A stretch of DNA of 64,000 nt from Octopus sinensis. Lineage: Eukaryota. Positions 25,396-39,329 of the stretch are shown here, one piece after another. The stretch lies in the NCBI RefSeq assembly GCF_006345805.1, contig NC_043020.1:21328001-21392000 (forward strand), read 5' to 3'. Under the pieces are notes generated by a model that made no database searches, had not been told where the DNA came from, and was given only the letters and a program-made list of their open reading frames with translations. Positions within the stretch are counted from its first letter, which is position 1. Each line of letters opens with the position of its first letter. The translations under genes and the position numbers were made by a program.

Positions 25396-27792
25396 TGTGA
25401 TGCACACAACAGGTACATACAAAAACAAAAAGTTAGTGTATTAATATTATTGATAGTAAGCATTTGACAGCCTTCCTCAAAGCTGGATTTAAAAATTCAT
25501 GGAAATATATAAAAACTCTCTAGTTATTGATGATTTTCTATTCAATAGCATAAAGTACTGGAAAAAAACTCTTGTACTGAACACTAGTGACACTGACATA
25601 ACTGAGACAATTTTCAAGATGATTCTCTTTCACCACAACTTTTATTGCATGGCTCTCATTTCCCTAAGTAAGCTAAGTACAGAATATACAAAAGACAAAG
25701 AGTAAAGCTGCTACTCTGGTCGTTGTCAAAGACATGAAAGAAAAATGTCATACACTGTCATAATTTTTATTTTCTATCCAGAATAATTTTTTCAATAGTT
25801 TCCATAATGTTACTATTGTAGCAAAGTCTAGAATCAAAACCTTAAAGCATTAGTAACTAGAATCAGACCACACTTAGATCAGACAATAAGCCTTGAATAT
25901 TACCCAATAAGCTTGTAGAAATATCATCCCACATCACAGAATATCCTATCATGTTCCAGCGATTCCCACATTAAAAGGGGTTATATAAGCAACAATGAAA
26001 GCAAGCACAGCATAGAGAGAGAGAGGTGGGTGAGGGTTTGATGCTCATGGCAATGCACTTGTACACACACAAGTCCTTAAGAAGTTTACTTGGCTGCAAC
26101 TCAACAGAGTGATTTTTCCACCTCTCATACAAAGTCAGTCTTTTCCGATATTAATGTAACTATGAACTACATTTGCTTCTAGCATACCCCAACACACCCT
26201 TCGCAAGCCACTATGTAAATATTATTATATACGCCTATAAAAATAAATGTAATTTAAACAATGCTTTAAGATTCAAGGAAAGTAACTTGTACTACCATAT
26301 TCTTGTAATGAATACAAAGATACATGAGAGATACCTCCTTCCTGCCTTTCAAAGATGACCAGTGAAAAATCGGAGTTGAGAACCACTAGTATATGTATTT
26401 CAGAACAAGTATATGTATTACAGAACAAGGCAAAACCTGACTGCATTTGTGCAAAGAACTGATGAAGACATACAAGAAAATATATAAAGAATTAATAGAC
26501 AGTATTGACCCTTGAAAATTACTGGTACGTATATCATAGACAGAGGAAAATATGGAGTAAAGTAAATTTTGGCTTGATTTGAACTCAGAATCATAAATTC
26601 AATGATATTCTCTTTAATACAAAGAAATAATGAGACACTTATTAACTCAAATAGCTATACATAAATACCACATGAAAGTAAAATTATTGATGTATATTCT
26701 CTTGGCTTCTTGTGCACTAGTGAAGCCAGAGGGGGGCAGAGGGAGGCAGTTTTATGAGGGTGGCACCACTTTTGGGTCTGCTGTAGGTAATGTTTTGTGG
26801 GAGCCTGGGGGTAGCAAACTGAAGGGCCACACCTAGGTGGCACACACTCTAGCTGCACTAGTGTTCTCACGCAGCACATCTCCCCATATTGACATAAAGA
26901 ACACATATCTTATTATCATTATCAATATGGTGGCAAGCTAGAAGAATCATTAGCACAACAGCCAAAATGCTTAGTGGCAGTCCACCTGTCTCTAGGTGGT
27001 GAGCGAGCAGAATCATTAACGAACTTAGCAGCACTTCATCTGTCTTAATGTTCCAAGTTCAGATTCTGCCAAGGTTGACTTTGCTTTCATCCTTTCAGGG
27101 TTGATGAAATAAGTACCAGCTGAACACTGGGGTCAATGCAAATCAACCAGCTCTCCCTCCCCCAAAACTTTGGGCCTTGTACCTATAATAGAAAGGATTA
27201 TTATTATCATATTAATATTATTATTATTAGGTGGATTGGTAGATTTATAAGAGTGTTGCACAAAATGCCTTGTGGAGTTTCTGGTCCTTTTTATTCTGAA
27301 CTCAAATCCCACAGAGGTGCCTTTCATCTCTTTGGAGTCAATAAGACAAAGTATCAGTCAAATGCAGAGGCCAATGTAATTAACTAAACTTATCACTAAT
27401 TTCATCCTCAAATATTGATAAAGGTATCAGTAATACAATGAATGTCATCTACTGCTTAAAAAAAAAAAATAAGTAAACCCAACATTAATTGCTATTTTAC
27501 AGCTATTTATATGACAGATTTGGTGAGAGGATTTTGTGAGAATACCTGTTGTTTTACAGCTGGATACATCTCTCTGCAGTGAACCAATGAATTGTAAAGA
27601 AAGAGTGGTACCTTTTATTTGTTAGGCAGATTAAAATAGTTTTGTTATTTTGCTAGGCACAGAATTCAATAGCAATTGGTGGTAAGATTTGAGTTCATGA
27701 TTGTGATCAGTAAAATAACCTCAAGATAACTGCAATACTTTGAAGTAAGGGAAACATAGCATGAAAACTAAGGTAGTTCTGGCAATACATAC

Positions 27793-27969
27793 TTCACAAT
27801 AGGCAATTTTGTTAGAGAAACTGGAGGGAAGATTATGCCACTATCCGTGGCAAGGGGTTGAGGAATTCCTTCACAACGAGCTGTATTGGATTTGAGGGTA
27901 GTGGCAACATCTCTCCTCTCCTGGGGTGACATGTGATCAAGCATAGAGTGTAGTAGGAACGTCATGTGT
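27793..27969 (-). CDS. TRAPPC9: TRAPPC9 exon (177 nt): HMTFLLHSMLDHMSPQERRDVATTLKSNTARCEGIPQPLATDSGIIFPPVSLTKLPIVK
   Basis: ttttcag acceptor, gtatg donor; ORF 27768..27995; resembles HLSFLLQTMLD...PPVPFTKLPIVR. Confidence 0.93.
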
Positions 27970-28346
27970 CTGAAAAATAGAACAGAATAACACAAATCTT
28001 CAGCTGAATAGTACAGCAGGTGTAGTCTTTAGGGAGAAGACAAGGCTTTAGAAAGGCATACTGGACTTAATTCTTAGAGATGCATTAGAGCTACTGTTAG
28101 AATGAACTTGAGACAAAATGAAAAAGCTCTGAGAGACATAATGGACATAAGCCTCAGAGCAATTTGCAAGACATATGTATTAAGGAGATATATAAAAACT
28201 TTAGGAAGATACAATACATATAGGTCTTAGGGAGATGCAGTAGTCAAATCTTTTGGAGAGATATCACAGTAAACAAAGGTAGCAGGAAGTCCAACACCTT
28301 GCTTCAAAAAATCGCTGAACATAAGAAAAAGTTTAATGTGACTTAC

Positions 28347-28440
28347 CGGACTGATAACTGAGGGTTGCCCATCCTTTTGGCTGAGAATATAAGTTCTTGA
28401 AGTACCTTCATCTGCAGCACAGGCCATCCACAGGGTTCAT
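28347..28440 (-). CDS. TRAPPC9: TRAPPC9 exon (94 nt): NEPCGWPVLQMKVLQELIFSAKRMGNPQLSVR
   Basis: ttttag acceptor, gtaag donor, phase 1 to 2; resembles [28 protein letters not shown]. Confidence 0.92.
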
Positions 28441-29150
28441 CTAAAATAATAGTAAGAAAACTTTACTACAACAGGAAGCTGAGGGCAGAAATGCATGTGC
28501 GTATTTGTGTGTATAAAACTGAGCAATGATTCCCATCATTTCTCAACATGACTATTCCTTACCATCCTATCCAGCCAAAACACAGCTGCCATCAACATAG
28601 TTCTTGTTGCCATGCTCAAATTTGTTAACATATCACTTTGGTGACACAATAATACTCCATCAAATCACATAAGCAGTCATGATTCTTAATTTTCTCATTG
28701 TGAATATATCAACAAATTTAATCAATTGTGTTAACTCTTAAACAAGACACTCTATTCTATATGAATATATCAACATATCTAGCATCAATTATTATTAATA
28801 ACAAGAGAGCTGATGAAAGAGTCTCTACATGATTGTCTGATATGCTAGATATAGCAACCAAACTGCCATTAATTCACATTCTGCCATCTTAAAAAAAACG
28901 GAATCTAGCTATATAAAAAGACAAGCTCTGGAATCACATTGATGACAGATCGGGTTAATTAGGACTGACTCAGGGCTAAATAACAACAAAAATGTGTTAA
29001 ACATTAAAAAAGACACTGTTCCTTATGAATATATCAACATAACGCATTACCAATTCTCACACTACTTTAGAACATACAAACATGCACAGACAAACACATG
29101 TATCTCAGACCATCAGTATTAAAAGCAAATAGTGTTTTATAACTACATAC

Positions 29151-29349
29151 TTTTAGTAAACTGTCGTGGATCCATAGTGACACCATAGCCATCAAGGGCC
29201 TGCAGTAAGAGGGTATAACATTGGTACCAATTAGGTTGAGCAACTTGAGGGTTGACACTCTGTAGTGCAGTAATACGTCGATAAAATGCTGCTTTACGAT
29301 GGAAACATATCTGTGAGTATAGGCTTGCTAATGTACTGTAGCGCTGAAT
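29151..29349 (-). CDS. TRAPPC9: TRAPPC9 exon (199 nt): IQRYSTLASLYSQICFHRKAAFYRRITALQSVNPQVAQPNWYQCYTLLLQALDGYGVTMDPRQFTK
   Basis: aaacag acceptor, gtatg donor; resembles [25 protein letters not shown]...LDPKDF. Confidence 0.93.
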
Positions 29350-30559
29350 CTGTTTAAGGAAAGAGAGAGAGAAGAGATGAGAGAGAATCCTTTAGTGATG
29401 GAAAACGGATAAAACATTGCACATTTTCACTCTGTTAGATATCCTCTTATTTAACCAGTTACATGCGGTAGCTAATTAATCTTCACATTTCCTGTGTGTG
29501 TGTGTGTGAAAGAGAGAGTGAGAGTGAAAAAGAAGGAGAGAGAGAGAGAGAGTGTGTGTGTATGTGTGAAAGAGAGAGTGAGAGTGAAAAAGAAGGGGAG
29601 AGAGAGAGATTCAGGACTACAACTGCAAGTGTTGAAATATTGTGAGTTCTGTCCGATATATACCAGAATGGAAAATAAAATGGATAGAAAATGATGTTGA
29701 TTATGATGATACAGTATCTAATTTATGCCCACCTTTTCCATGCTGGCATGGATAGGACAAGACTTACTATGACCAGGTGTAGCCTGACCTTATTTATTTT
29801 CCAAGTGAGGAAATTTTTATTCTGCTGCTTTTCACATGAAACCATCAAGGTATGAAGTATTTTGTTTATGGATATAAAGGAAATGCATTATTGCTCAAAC
29901 TGTTCCAATGTGAAGACATGTAGAACACCCACCACCACCAAACACACACAGCTAAGTTTCTGTACAAGTTCCTTTTAATGAATACCATTCACAAGGCATT
30001 CATCGGTCAACCTGAGCTGCAGAAGATACTTGGCTGAAGTATCATGCAGTGATTGTGAAGCAAATTTTGTAAATCACAAAGCTATACCAGTGACACAAAT
30101 GTTGCAGCTGCCAATGCCACCACATCATCCACCATCATCACCACTACCAGCAACAACATTCACTTTTCTTTGCTTGCATGGGTCAGATGAAACTTGTTGA
30201 GGCAAGATTTTCTGTCGCCAGATGCCTTTCTTGATGCCAACTCTCATCTGTTTTCAAGCAAGGTAACATTTTGCTTGGCTCTGTGAACATGAACACAGCA
30301 AAATGCCTAACATATTTTCACTGAGGATCACAAACAAATGACACTGTTTGTATAACAGTAACATTTCTTGACAACTATATCATGTCAAGACAACGAGATA
30401 TATGATTTAAGTACATCGAGTAATTTATTCATCAATGACATATAGCCAATTAATTATTTACAAATAATAACTAATTGGCCAATAACATGTATACAATTAA
30501 CTACTAATACATAATCATCATCAATAATATTAATATGCTAACTGTTTATTTTTGTATGT

Positions 30560-31090
30560 TTCAAAGAAGTGACAAAACGAGAGGAGAACAGAGAGGAAGT
30601 AAGAGAGTGAGAGAGAAAGGGAGGTTGAGAAAGACAGTGAGAGAGAAAGAGAGAGTGAAAGAGACAGTGAGTGGTGACAATGTTTGTTTTGCTTTTAAGT
30701 GTTTCATAGAGGATGTAAGAAAGAAAGAGAGAGAGAAAAAAGTGAGAGAGAGAGAGAGTGAAAGAGACAGTGAGTAGTGATGGCATCCGTTTTGTGTTTT
30801 TAAATGTTTATCACATCACAAAAGTAGATACATATACACATTATTAAATCAAAAGCAGGAGAGCAGCTGGACACAAAGGAAGTGAAAGAGAAAGAGAGAG
30901 AGAGATAGTAGATACATAAATCCAAAGAAAAGTTCATATATAGATATATAGACACAGCAAATACTGGCTGTCAATTTCACTTTTCATTACCACATGAGGA
31001 TAAAATTAACTTACAAATGGCTGAGTACTCCACAGACATTAAGGATGGCCCCTTTGAATTACAGCTACAACTCAAGACATATATATATAT

Positions 31091-31123
<33 letters not shown>

Positions 31124-31640
31124 GAATGTATTTGTGTGTGTATATAATTGAGGTTAGTTAAAACATGTTGGCAATAATAAGTGTCGCATGGTGGAAATAA
31201 ATGCAATTACCAAACTTTCATTCATAAATCCATTTATTTCATTCTTTTGCATTTCAATTTGTACATTAAGGTTCTTTGAATATGTACGATGTATTTTAAG
31301 GTTAAATAGTAATTCCATTTACGTTTATGTAACAGATATTTTGGTTGAATTATATAGTCATTGGTGTTACATTACTTTCTATATTCTGTAACTGTCACAA
31401 TATACTTTTTAAGGCCTGAATTTTTTGTGGGGAGTAGGTCAGTTGATTAGATCGATCCCAGTACACAATTGATACTTAATTTATCGACCCCGAAAGGCAA
31501 AGTTGATCTCGGCAGAATTTGAACTCAGAATGTAAAGACAGACGGTCATAATATACAAACATTTCTCATGGCACCTGTACACTGCTTACATATGCTTACA
31601 TTTTTTATGTTTTCCATGAATTTTTCATGGGTCCAGCTAG
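30560..31640 (+). mobile_element. Non-autonomous deletion derivative of the same Helitron family
   Basis: Reverse-complement match to 24735-25395 and 23299-23672; ends in hairpin ccatgaa-ttt-ttcatgg plus CTAG (31637-31640)|T; the helicase segment is absent. Confidence 0.85.
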
Positions 31641-32066
31641 TAATTAATTATTTTGAAACACAACACCTTATTAACCATTGACATATAGTATCTAATTTAC
31701 AACTGACAAATAGTTATTTACCTTGACATAGTACCTTATAACCCACCAACATATTGTCAGTGGCTAATTACCCCTTGAGACACCAACAAGGAACCCCTAT
31801 GTGGTTGTTTGACCTTCAAGAAAGAACAAGTAAAACTGCCTAAAATCACATACTGAAATGAAAATGCTTTGAACAATATAGACTCTGGTACAGTAAAAAA
31901 CATCAAGACAGTCAGTCACAGCTGAAATATCACTGACAATAGATATGCTTGATCATGCTGACTTTCAGTTCAGTTAAACATATAGTAGCTAATTAATAAT
32001 TGACCTATAATGATTAATCATCTGCTGATATAGAGTGGCTTGTGATAGATAATGACTTAGACTCAC

Positions 32067-32138
32067 CTTATCTTCATTAGTGCTTTGAACATTAATGTAC
32101 ATCACATTCTGGAGGAAGTCTGAGGCCTGAAGGTATTT
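32067..32138 (-). CDS. TRAPPC9: TRAPPC9 exon (72 nt): KYLQASDFLQNVMYINVQSTNEDK
   Basis: cttttcag acceptor, gtgagt donor; resembles [22 protein letters not shown]. Confidence 0.9.
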
Positions 32139-32389
32139 CTGAAAAGAAGGAAGTAAATAATAGATGAAGGAGACATTTAGGGAGGCCTCATGGGAAGTAC
32201 AGTACAGTGCAATACAGTACAATACTGATCTACCATGTGAGAGTATAGTTTAGAAGTTCATTTCACAGCTACATGGTTCCAGGTTTGATTTCACTATGTA
32301 GTATGTTGTTTTCCTGTGCAAGTGTCTTCGATCATAGACTGAACAATACCTTGTGAGTGAAAATACACACACACACCAGTATTTGAACT

Positions 32390-33120
32390 TCTCTTGCTAT
32401 CCTTCACACATCAAAAGGAACATTCCATATAGTATGGCAAGATATACCTGTGCAATAATAGTTGAACAAAAAATACATCAAATTCAACTCAATGAATTCA
32501 AAAGCTTCTTAAAAAACAGAATTACCCCTTAAAATTAATAAATTATGAATTATAAGGGTGATGAAACTGGACATCATACAACTGAGTACATCTAAGAAAA
32601 TAATTAAAGAAAATACTATTCCATTTATCAATACACATAATTCAGGAATGACCAACATTTTCCACACTATAAAAAAAACCTACCAATATTCTTACAAAGC
32701 CCCAAAATGAAAAATCTGGTTGATGAAAACCTAATACAAAACAAAAAATCTTGTGAAGGACTGTGAAGATAATAGATGTTGAACATGTAACAACAGCAAT
32801 TTCAAATATTTAAAAGTGGATTCTCCTTCAAAGTAAATGCAGATATGAACTGCAAGACACAGAATCTTATATATTACATGACCTTCTCCAATTGCAAGGA
32901 AAATGATATTGGCAAAACCAACAATTCCCTTTGCCAACGTGCAAGAATCCCCAGACAACACATCAGACAAAAAAAATTACAAAAGATTCCACTGAATAAG
33001 CATCTGGAAACTCATGGAGACAGCAGATTCAAGATCTTTCCCTTCTACAAATGCTCAAGAGATGACCCAATTTACTAGAAGGCATTTGGAATTACATTTT
33101 ATCAAGAAATTTTTATCTAA
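32390..33120 (+). mobile_element. Penelope-like element 3' remnant (RT thumb plus GIY-YIG)
   Basis: HPSHIKRNIPYSMAR; NCKTQNLIYYMTFSNCKENDIGKT...HLETHG. Confidence 0.72.
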
Positions 33121-34039
33121 ACAAAATATTTAGCTAACCATATTGAATAGTGAGGCACAACCTAGGACTATTTCAGGTAAAACAATCCTAATGTATTTAA
33201 TCTGATAGCTAAATCCTGGGTTTGCTTCATTGAATTATAAACAGTTTACAGAGTGTACATCCAAGACAATTCAGTGAATTTTTATCATTACAGTCAATTT
33301 TTAATTTAAATCTGTCTGATATTTGTTTCTGTAGTATGGATATTTCGCAATGTGGTTTTCATTTGCACATAGTCCATTCATCCAGTTAAGAGTCTATGCA
33401 GCTTTATTCAAGGTGCTGCACACTGTTGTAGCTTGAAGTAAACTAAAAGTATGTTGGTTTAAGTAGTATTATATTTGGTAGGGGAACATAGTATTTTTGA
33501 ATGCAAAGAATGAGAGAGGAACATTAAAAAACTTGATACAGTTATAAAAGCAGTTATCAGGACCATATGATGAACCTCAGGTTTAAAATTTGTATCATGA
33601 ACACTACACCCAGAACCACGCTAATAGCTTAGGAGTGAACTTTAGGATTTCTCAGTTTTCTGTGAATCAATTTTGATAAAACTTTTCCCAGCTGCTTTGT
33701 ATACAATGGCAACACCATTGTTATGTTTTCATTATTCTGTGTAACATCCTTTCTTTTTTATTTCAGATTCTTTTGCAGCTCTTTCTACTCATTTTCTCTC
33801 TCTCCCACCCTTTTATTTTCCTATACTAGATGTGAGTAGATGCATGAACTGAGAAAACTCATCCCCTAGCATTAACCCAACCCCCACCTGCCACAGGGCT
33901 AATAATTCTGCAACCTGCATGATGACCTCAACAGAGCTGGTGGCATGAAAACAGCACTCAGTCCAGCTGTAAAAATCATACCAAAGCAGTGGAGCTCAAT
34001 GCAGCCCTTGGAGAAGATTTCTAGCTACCATGGTAACTA

Positions 34040-34400
34040 ACGAAAGAGTATGTTCTTAAAGCAAAGTCGCCAGAATAAAAGTAGGGGGGGGGGCAGTCAA
34101 TGCTAGAAAGAAAGAAATTGTTTTTCTGATTGAAAGACAGATTATGTGATGCTTGTTTATGAAGTGCAATGTTGCATGGTACCAAATCATGAATACAGAG
34201 GAAAATGCAAAAGCTGGAAAGAAATGAGGTAAGCATGCACCACTGAATATACAATGTTAATGTGCATGAATGGGAGAGTACAAATGAGCAGAGAGAAATA
34301 CTGAATATAAGAGAAATCAAATGTAATCTGGTACAAAAATGCTAAGCTGATAAATACAAGATACATAACAAGGATAACTGATGAGTGAAGACGTGCCAAG
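34040..34400 (+). mobile_element. Degenerate RTE 3' fragment
   Basis: Nucleotide similarity by eye to the RLYDAC...KLERNE segment of other RTE copies in the window. Confidence 0.5.
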
Positions 34401-35035
34401 CAATCGAATTGAAAGGAATCTGCAAATGAGGAAAATCAAAGAACGCATAGGAAGATTGATTCTTAGAAAGCAGGACCTTGAGTCCTGGAGATGACCTGTC
34501 AAATCTAATTACAAATATGGAAAAATGGACACATGATGATGACAAAGATTATGAAACATAAACACAACATCAGAAACTTGATTGCATCAACCTCCATACT
34601 TCACTGACTTTTTTTTTTTATATACGAAGTATGAAAGGCAATTTGAACTAGGAATGCTAAACAATGTAACTAAATACCACAAAACATTTAGATACATCCT
34701 TTTACATTCTGAGTTCAAATCCCATTGAGGTCTGTTGTTAGCTTTCTTTTGTCCAAAGTCAAAGTAAATGTAATAAAGAATATATAGGATTTGACCAACT
34801 ATAACAAATTTTACCTCATACCTTGACATAGAAATATTTATCCTTGTTATTTTTACTACTACTACTAGCATACACACTGCCTTGAACACAAACTTCTAAT
34901 TAGGCACAAGGTCAAAAATTTTGTGGAGAAGGGTTAATTGATGAAATCAATATAGTACTTCATTTTATTAACTATGAAAGTTTTAAGGAGATTTGAACAC
35001 TTAGAGCAGAGTGCTAGAAGAAATATTGCAACATA

Positions 35036-36308
35036 CGTGGTCTGATCAATAAGTATCCGGACTGTTGCCATAGTAACAAAGCTAAAGCATGCAGAGTGAA
35101 GCCACTTGACACAGACTGACCATGAACTTTGCTGTGCATGTGCACTAAGATTTAACATTCTAGCTCACTTCCACTGTCTACAGAAGTGCTTAGAAGGAAT
35201 GTGTGATTGTTGCATTGACCATAACAGAGAAAGTTGAGCAAAGAATCTGTATCAAATTTTGCCAAAAGCTTGGTGATACATGCCCAGAGGCCAATGCAAA
35301 GTTGCAAAATGTGTATGGAGAGGAGTATATGAGCCACACACAAGTGTATGAGTTGTTCAGACATTTCCACGATGGCTGAAAAAGTGTCGATAGTGATGAA
35401 TGTTCTGGGAGATCTGCAACCAGCAGAACTGAGAAAAACATCAAAGATGTGCATGCAGCTGCGAGGGAAAATCGTTGACTCACCAACCATGAGGTATCAG
35501 AGAATGTGCAGATTAGTTACGGTTCAGTTCTGTCCATTATCACTAAAGATTGGGGTATGAGATGCGGGTCTGCCAAGTTTATACCAAAACTGCTTTCAGC
35601 AGGCTAAAAAGACACTCAGATTTTAGCCACACAAGATCTCCTTGACTGTGTCGAGAACAATGAAAACTTTTTGAAAACAGTCATGATGGGTGATGAATCG
35701 TGGGTCTATAGCTATGACCCCGAAACAAAGGCTCAGTCTTCACAGTGGAAGACTCCAACCTCTCCAACACCGAAGAAAGCACGAATGAGTTGAAGAAATG
35801 TGAAGACATTGTTGACCATTTTCTTCAACTACAAGGGGATTGTTCATCATGAGTATACTCCACCTGGTTACACAGTAAACAAGTAGTACTACCGTGACGT
35901 TTTGTGGCATTTGTGGGATGCTATTCGTTGGAAAAGGCCACAATTGCATGCGTCTGGTGAGTGGCAATTGCACCATGACAACACATCTACCTATCCAGCG
36001 CAGTTTGTGCAGCAGTTTTTGACTAGGTAAAGCATTCCCCAGATCCCTTGCGACTTTTTTCTCTTTCCAAAAACCAAATACCACTTGTAAGGAAGAAGAT
36101 TTCAGGACGTCAAGGAAATCAAAGTGAATGTGATGAGGCAGTTGTTGATTATACCAGAAAATGAGTTCCAGGAATGCTTCCATTAATGGAAACAGCACTG
36201 GATTAAGTGTGTGACTTCCTACTTTGAAGGAGATTAAATGCCAAATTGGTATATGTTGTACTTTTGTTTTTATAGCACCAGTCCAGATACTTATTGATCA
36301 GACTGCTC
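35036..36308 (+). mobile_element. Full-length (about 1.27 kb) degenerate mariner
   Basis: TIRs gtctgatcaataagtatccggact / agtccagatacttattgatcagac with flanking TA; EQRICIKF, GDESWVYSYDPETK and LHHDN; multiple stops. Confidence 0.9.
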
Positions 36309-36411
36309 TAACAACTTTGTTGATGAGGACAATAACAATATTATTTTTCTGATGTAAAAATGAAACAGCTATTTTTACATATGATAACATTTCTCTTTAC
36401 AGATAACTTAC

Positions 36412-36480
36412 CCGTTGTAGTATTAATACCCGGCAAGCTTTTATACTGGCCTCCATTTCTATCACAGCTGCAGCTTTGCT
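36412..36480 (-). CDS. TRAPPC9: TRAPPC9 exon (69 nt): SKAAAVIEMEASIKACRVLILQR
   Basis: tttcag acceptor, gtaag donor, phase 0 to 0; resembles [20 protein letters not shown]. Confidence 0.9.
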
Positions 36481-36689
36481 CTGAAATAAATATAACATAT
36501 ATTAGGTTGGAAAGAAACTCCTGCCATATTTCAAGATGGGAAAGAAACAAATACTTGTTTGGTCTTAATTTATATATTTAATTTGTGGTTGGTGCAAGGT
36601 CCCAACCAGACCTAGGGTAACGTGGTGGTGGAATGTTGCCATAAGAGCAAAGAAATAGGCTTGGAAGACCTGGAAGAGTGAAGGTAGCA

Positions 36690-39165
36690 GGGAACTGTAT
36701 CAGATAGCCAGAGGGGAAGTTAGGGGACAGGTATATCTAGCCAAGGGAGAAGCAGAAAAGACGAAGTTTGCCTATCTTCAGCAACGTGAGGACCAAAGAA
36801 CTGAAGACAGTGTGTGAGAAAAATTTCAATGTCATAGGAGAGAAATGCATCTGCATGGATGATGGTGCACTTGCATTTAGTGATTCTGCAAAAATAGAGT
36901 CTTGGAAATGCCATTATGAAAGACTGCTGAATGTAGAGAATGAATGGAAGGAGGAGAATCTGCCAAATGTTGAACCAATTGAGGGACCAGCTACCCAAAT
37001 TGACAATACCTTGGTAGATAAAGCAATTAAGGACATGAAGACAGGGAAAGACCCCGGCCCTTCAGGAATCACTGCTGAGATGCTTAAAATATCTGGCGGT
37101 ATAAGTTATGCTCTAGTCACTTGTATAGTCAACCAGGTGATTCATGAAGTAGTCATACCCAATGTCTTGTGTAGCAGCACCATAATCAACTCCTACAAAG
37201 GTAAAGCTGATGCCTTGGATAGAAATAATTATAGAGGTATCAAATTGTTGGATCAGGTGATGAAAGTTACAGAGAGTCGTAGCCCAACTAATTAGGTGGG
37301 AGAATTAGTCTAGATGAGACGCAGTTTGGTTTTGTGCCATGGAGAAGCACCACTGATGCTATATTTCTGGTAAGACAGCTGCAGGAGAAATACATAGCCA
37401 AAGATAAACCTCTGTACTTGGCTTGTGTTGACTTGGAGAAAGCTTTTGACAGGGTTTCCCAATCCTTATCTGGTGGTCAATGTGGAAACTAGGGATAGAC
37501 AAGTGGCTGGTGAGAGCTGTACAAACCATGTACAGAGATGCTATCAGTAAGGTGAGGATTGGCAATGAGCACAGTGAAGAATTCAGGGTACAAGTAGGGG
37601 TTCACCAAAGATCATCCTAAGACCCCTCTTGTTCATCATAGTTCTTCAGGCAATAACAGAGGAATTTAAGACAGGCCACCCCTGAGAGCTCCTCTAGACT
37701 GATGATCTTGTTCTTATAGCTGAATCACTACCAGAACTAGAAATGTTCCAGGTATGGAAGCAAGGTCTAGAATTGAAGGGCTTAGAGTTAACCTAGCAAA
37801 AACCAAAGTCTTAGTAAGTAGGAAGGCAGACAAATCACAAATCCCTTCAGGAGATGGCCCTGCTCAATCTGTAGAAAAGGCGTAGGTAGTAACTCTGTAA
37901 GATGCACCTAGGGTAAGCTTTGGGCACACAAAAGGTGCAGTAATATCAGAAGAAGTTTAATAAGGAAAATAGCTTTTGTGTGTGGTAGATGCACAGGTAC
38001 AATAAACACCAAAAATGTACAGAAAATAGACTGTCATGGGGGAAGCTAGAAATAATAGATAGCTTCCATTACTTAGGTGATCAAGTTAGTAGCAGAGGTG
38101 ACTGCTCCAAGAGTGTAGCTATCAGAATGAGATTAAGCTAGGCAAAGTTTAGAGAGCTCCTACCTTTGTTGGCAACAAAGGGCCTCTCTCTCTCGGAATG
38201 TAAGGCAGATTGTATGATGCCTGTGTTTGAACAGTTATGTTACATGGCAGTGAAACATAGGCTGTGACAGCTGAGGACATGCATAGGCTTGAAAGAAATT
38301 AAGCCAGTATGCTTTGTTAGATGTGCAATGTCAGTGTGCATATCAGATGTAGTGTGCAAGAGAGACAAATGTGCTGGTATGGTCATGTGATGCATGTGGA
38401 CGAGGACAGAGGTAGACCCAGGAAGACATGGGATGAGGTGGTGAAGCATGATCTCCGAACTTTGGGCCTCATAGAAGCAATGACTAGTGATCAAGATCTT
38501 TGGCAATATGCTGTATTTGAGAAGACCCATCAAGCTGAGTGAAATCACAGTCATGGCTGATGCTGGTGTCATGTAACCGGCATCTGTGCAGGTGACATGT
38601 TAAAAGCACCTTTCAAGCATTGAGCCTCATGGAGGCAAAATGGTTGAACTTTCGAATGTTGGGCCTCACAGAGGCAATGACCAAGACCCTTGGCATTATG
38701 TTGTGCTTAAGAAGAAAACCCATCAAGCAAAGTAAAATCGCAGTCATGGCAGATACCGGTGTCATATAAATGGCACTCATGCCGGTGGCATGTAAAAACA
38801 TTTTCTGAGCATTGGGACTCATGGAGGCAAGGACCAAGACCATTTGGCATTAAGCCGAGCTTCGAGCATTGGGCCTCACAGATGCAATGACCGAGTCCAT
38901 TTGGCATTATGCCATGCTCGAGAAGAAGACCCATCAAACCAAGTAAAACTGCAGTTGTGGCAGATACTGGTGTAATGCAAATGGCACCTGTGCCAGTGGC
39001 ATGTAAAAGCACCCATTACACTCTTGGAGTGGTTGGTGTTAGGAAGAGTATCCAGCCATAGAAACGATACCAAAACAGACTGAAGTCTGGTACAGCTTGC
39101 CAGCCCTAGTCAAACCATCCAACCTATGCCAGCATGGACAATGGATGTTAAATGATGATGATGAA
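36690..39165 (+). mobile_element. 5'-truncated degenerate RTE LINE with tandemly expanded 3' region
   Basis: ORF 36768..37295 (GPSGITAEMLK, NNYRGIKLL), LEKAFD, TDDLVL and GSET; (GAT)n tail at about 39150. Confidence 0.88.
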
Positions 39166-39329
39166 CCACAATAACACTTCCTTTCATAATCCCATCTATT
39201 TAGCAAATTGTTGATCCTTGGGTACAAAATTTTTCAGGTTTTTAAAGCAAAGAAACACTCAATATAATTTTTAATATCTTCACAATTAATAAATTTGTTT
39301 TCCTTCTCAGTAATGTTGTAATTATCTGA

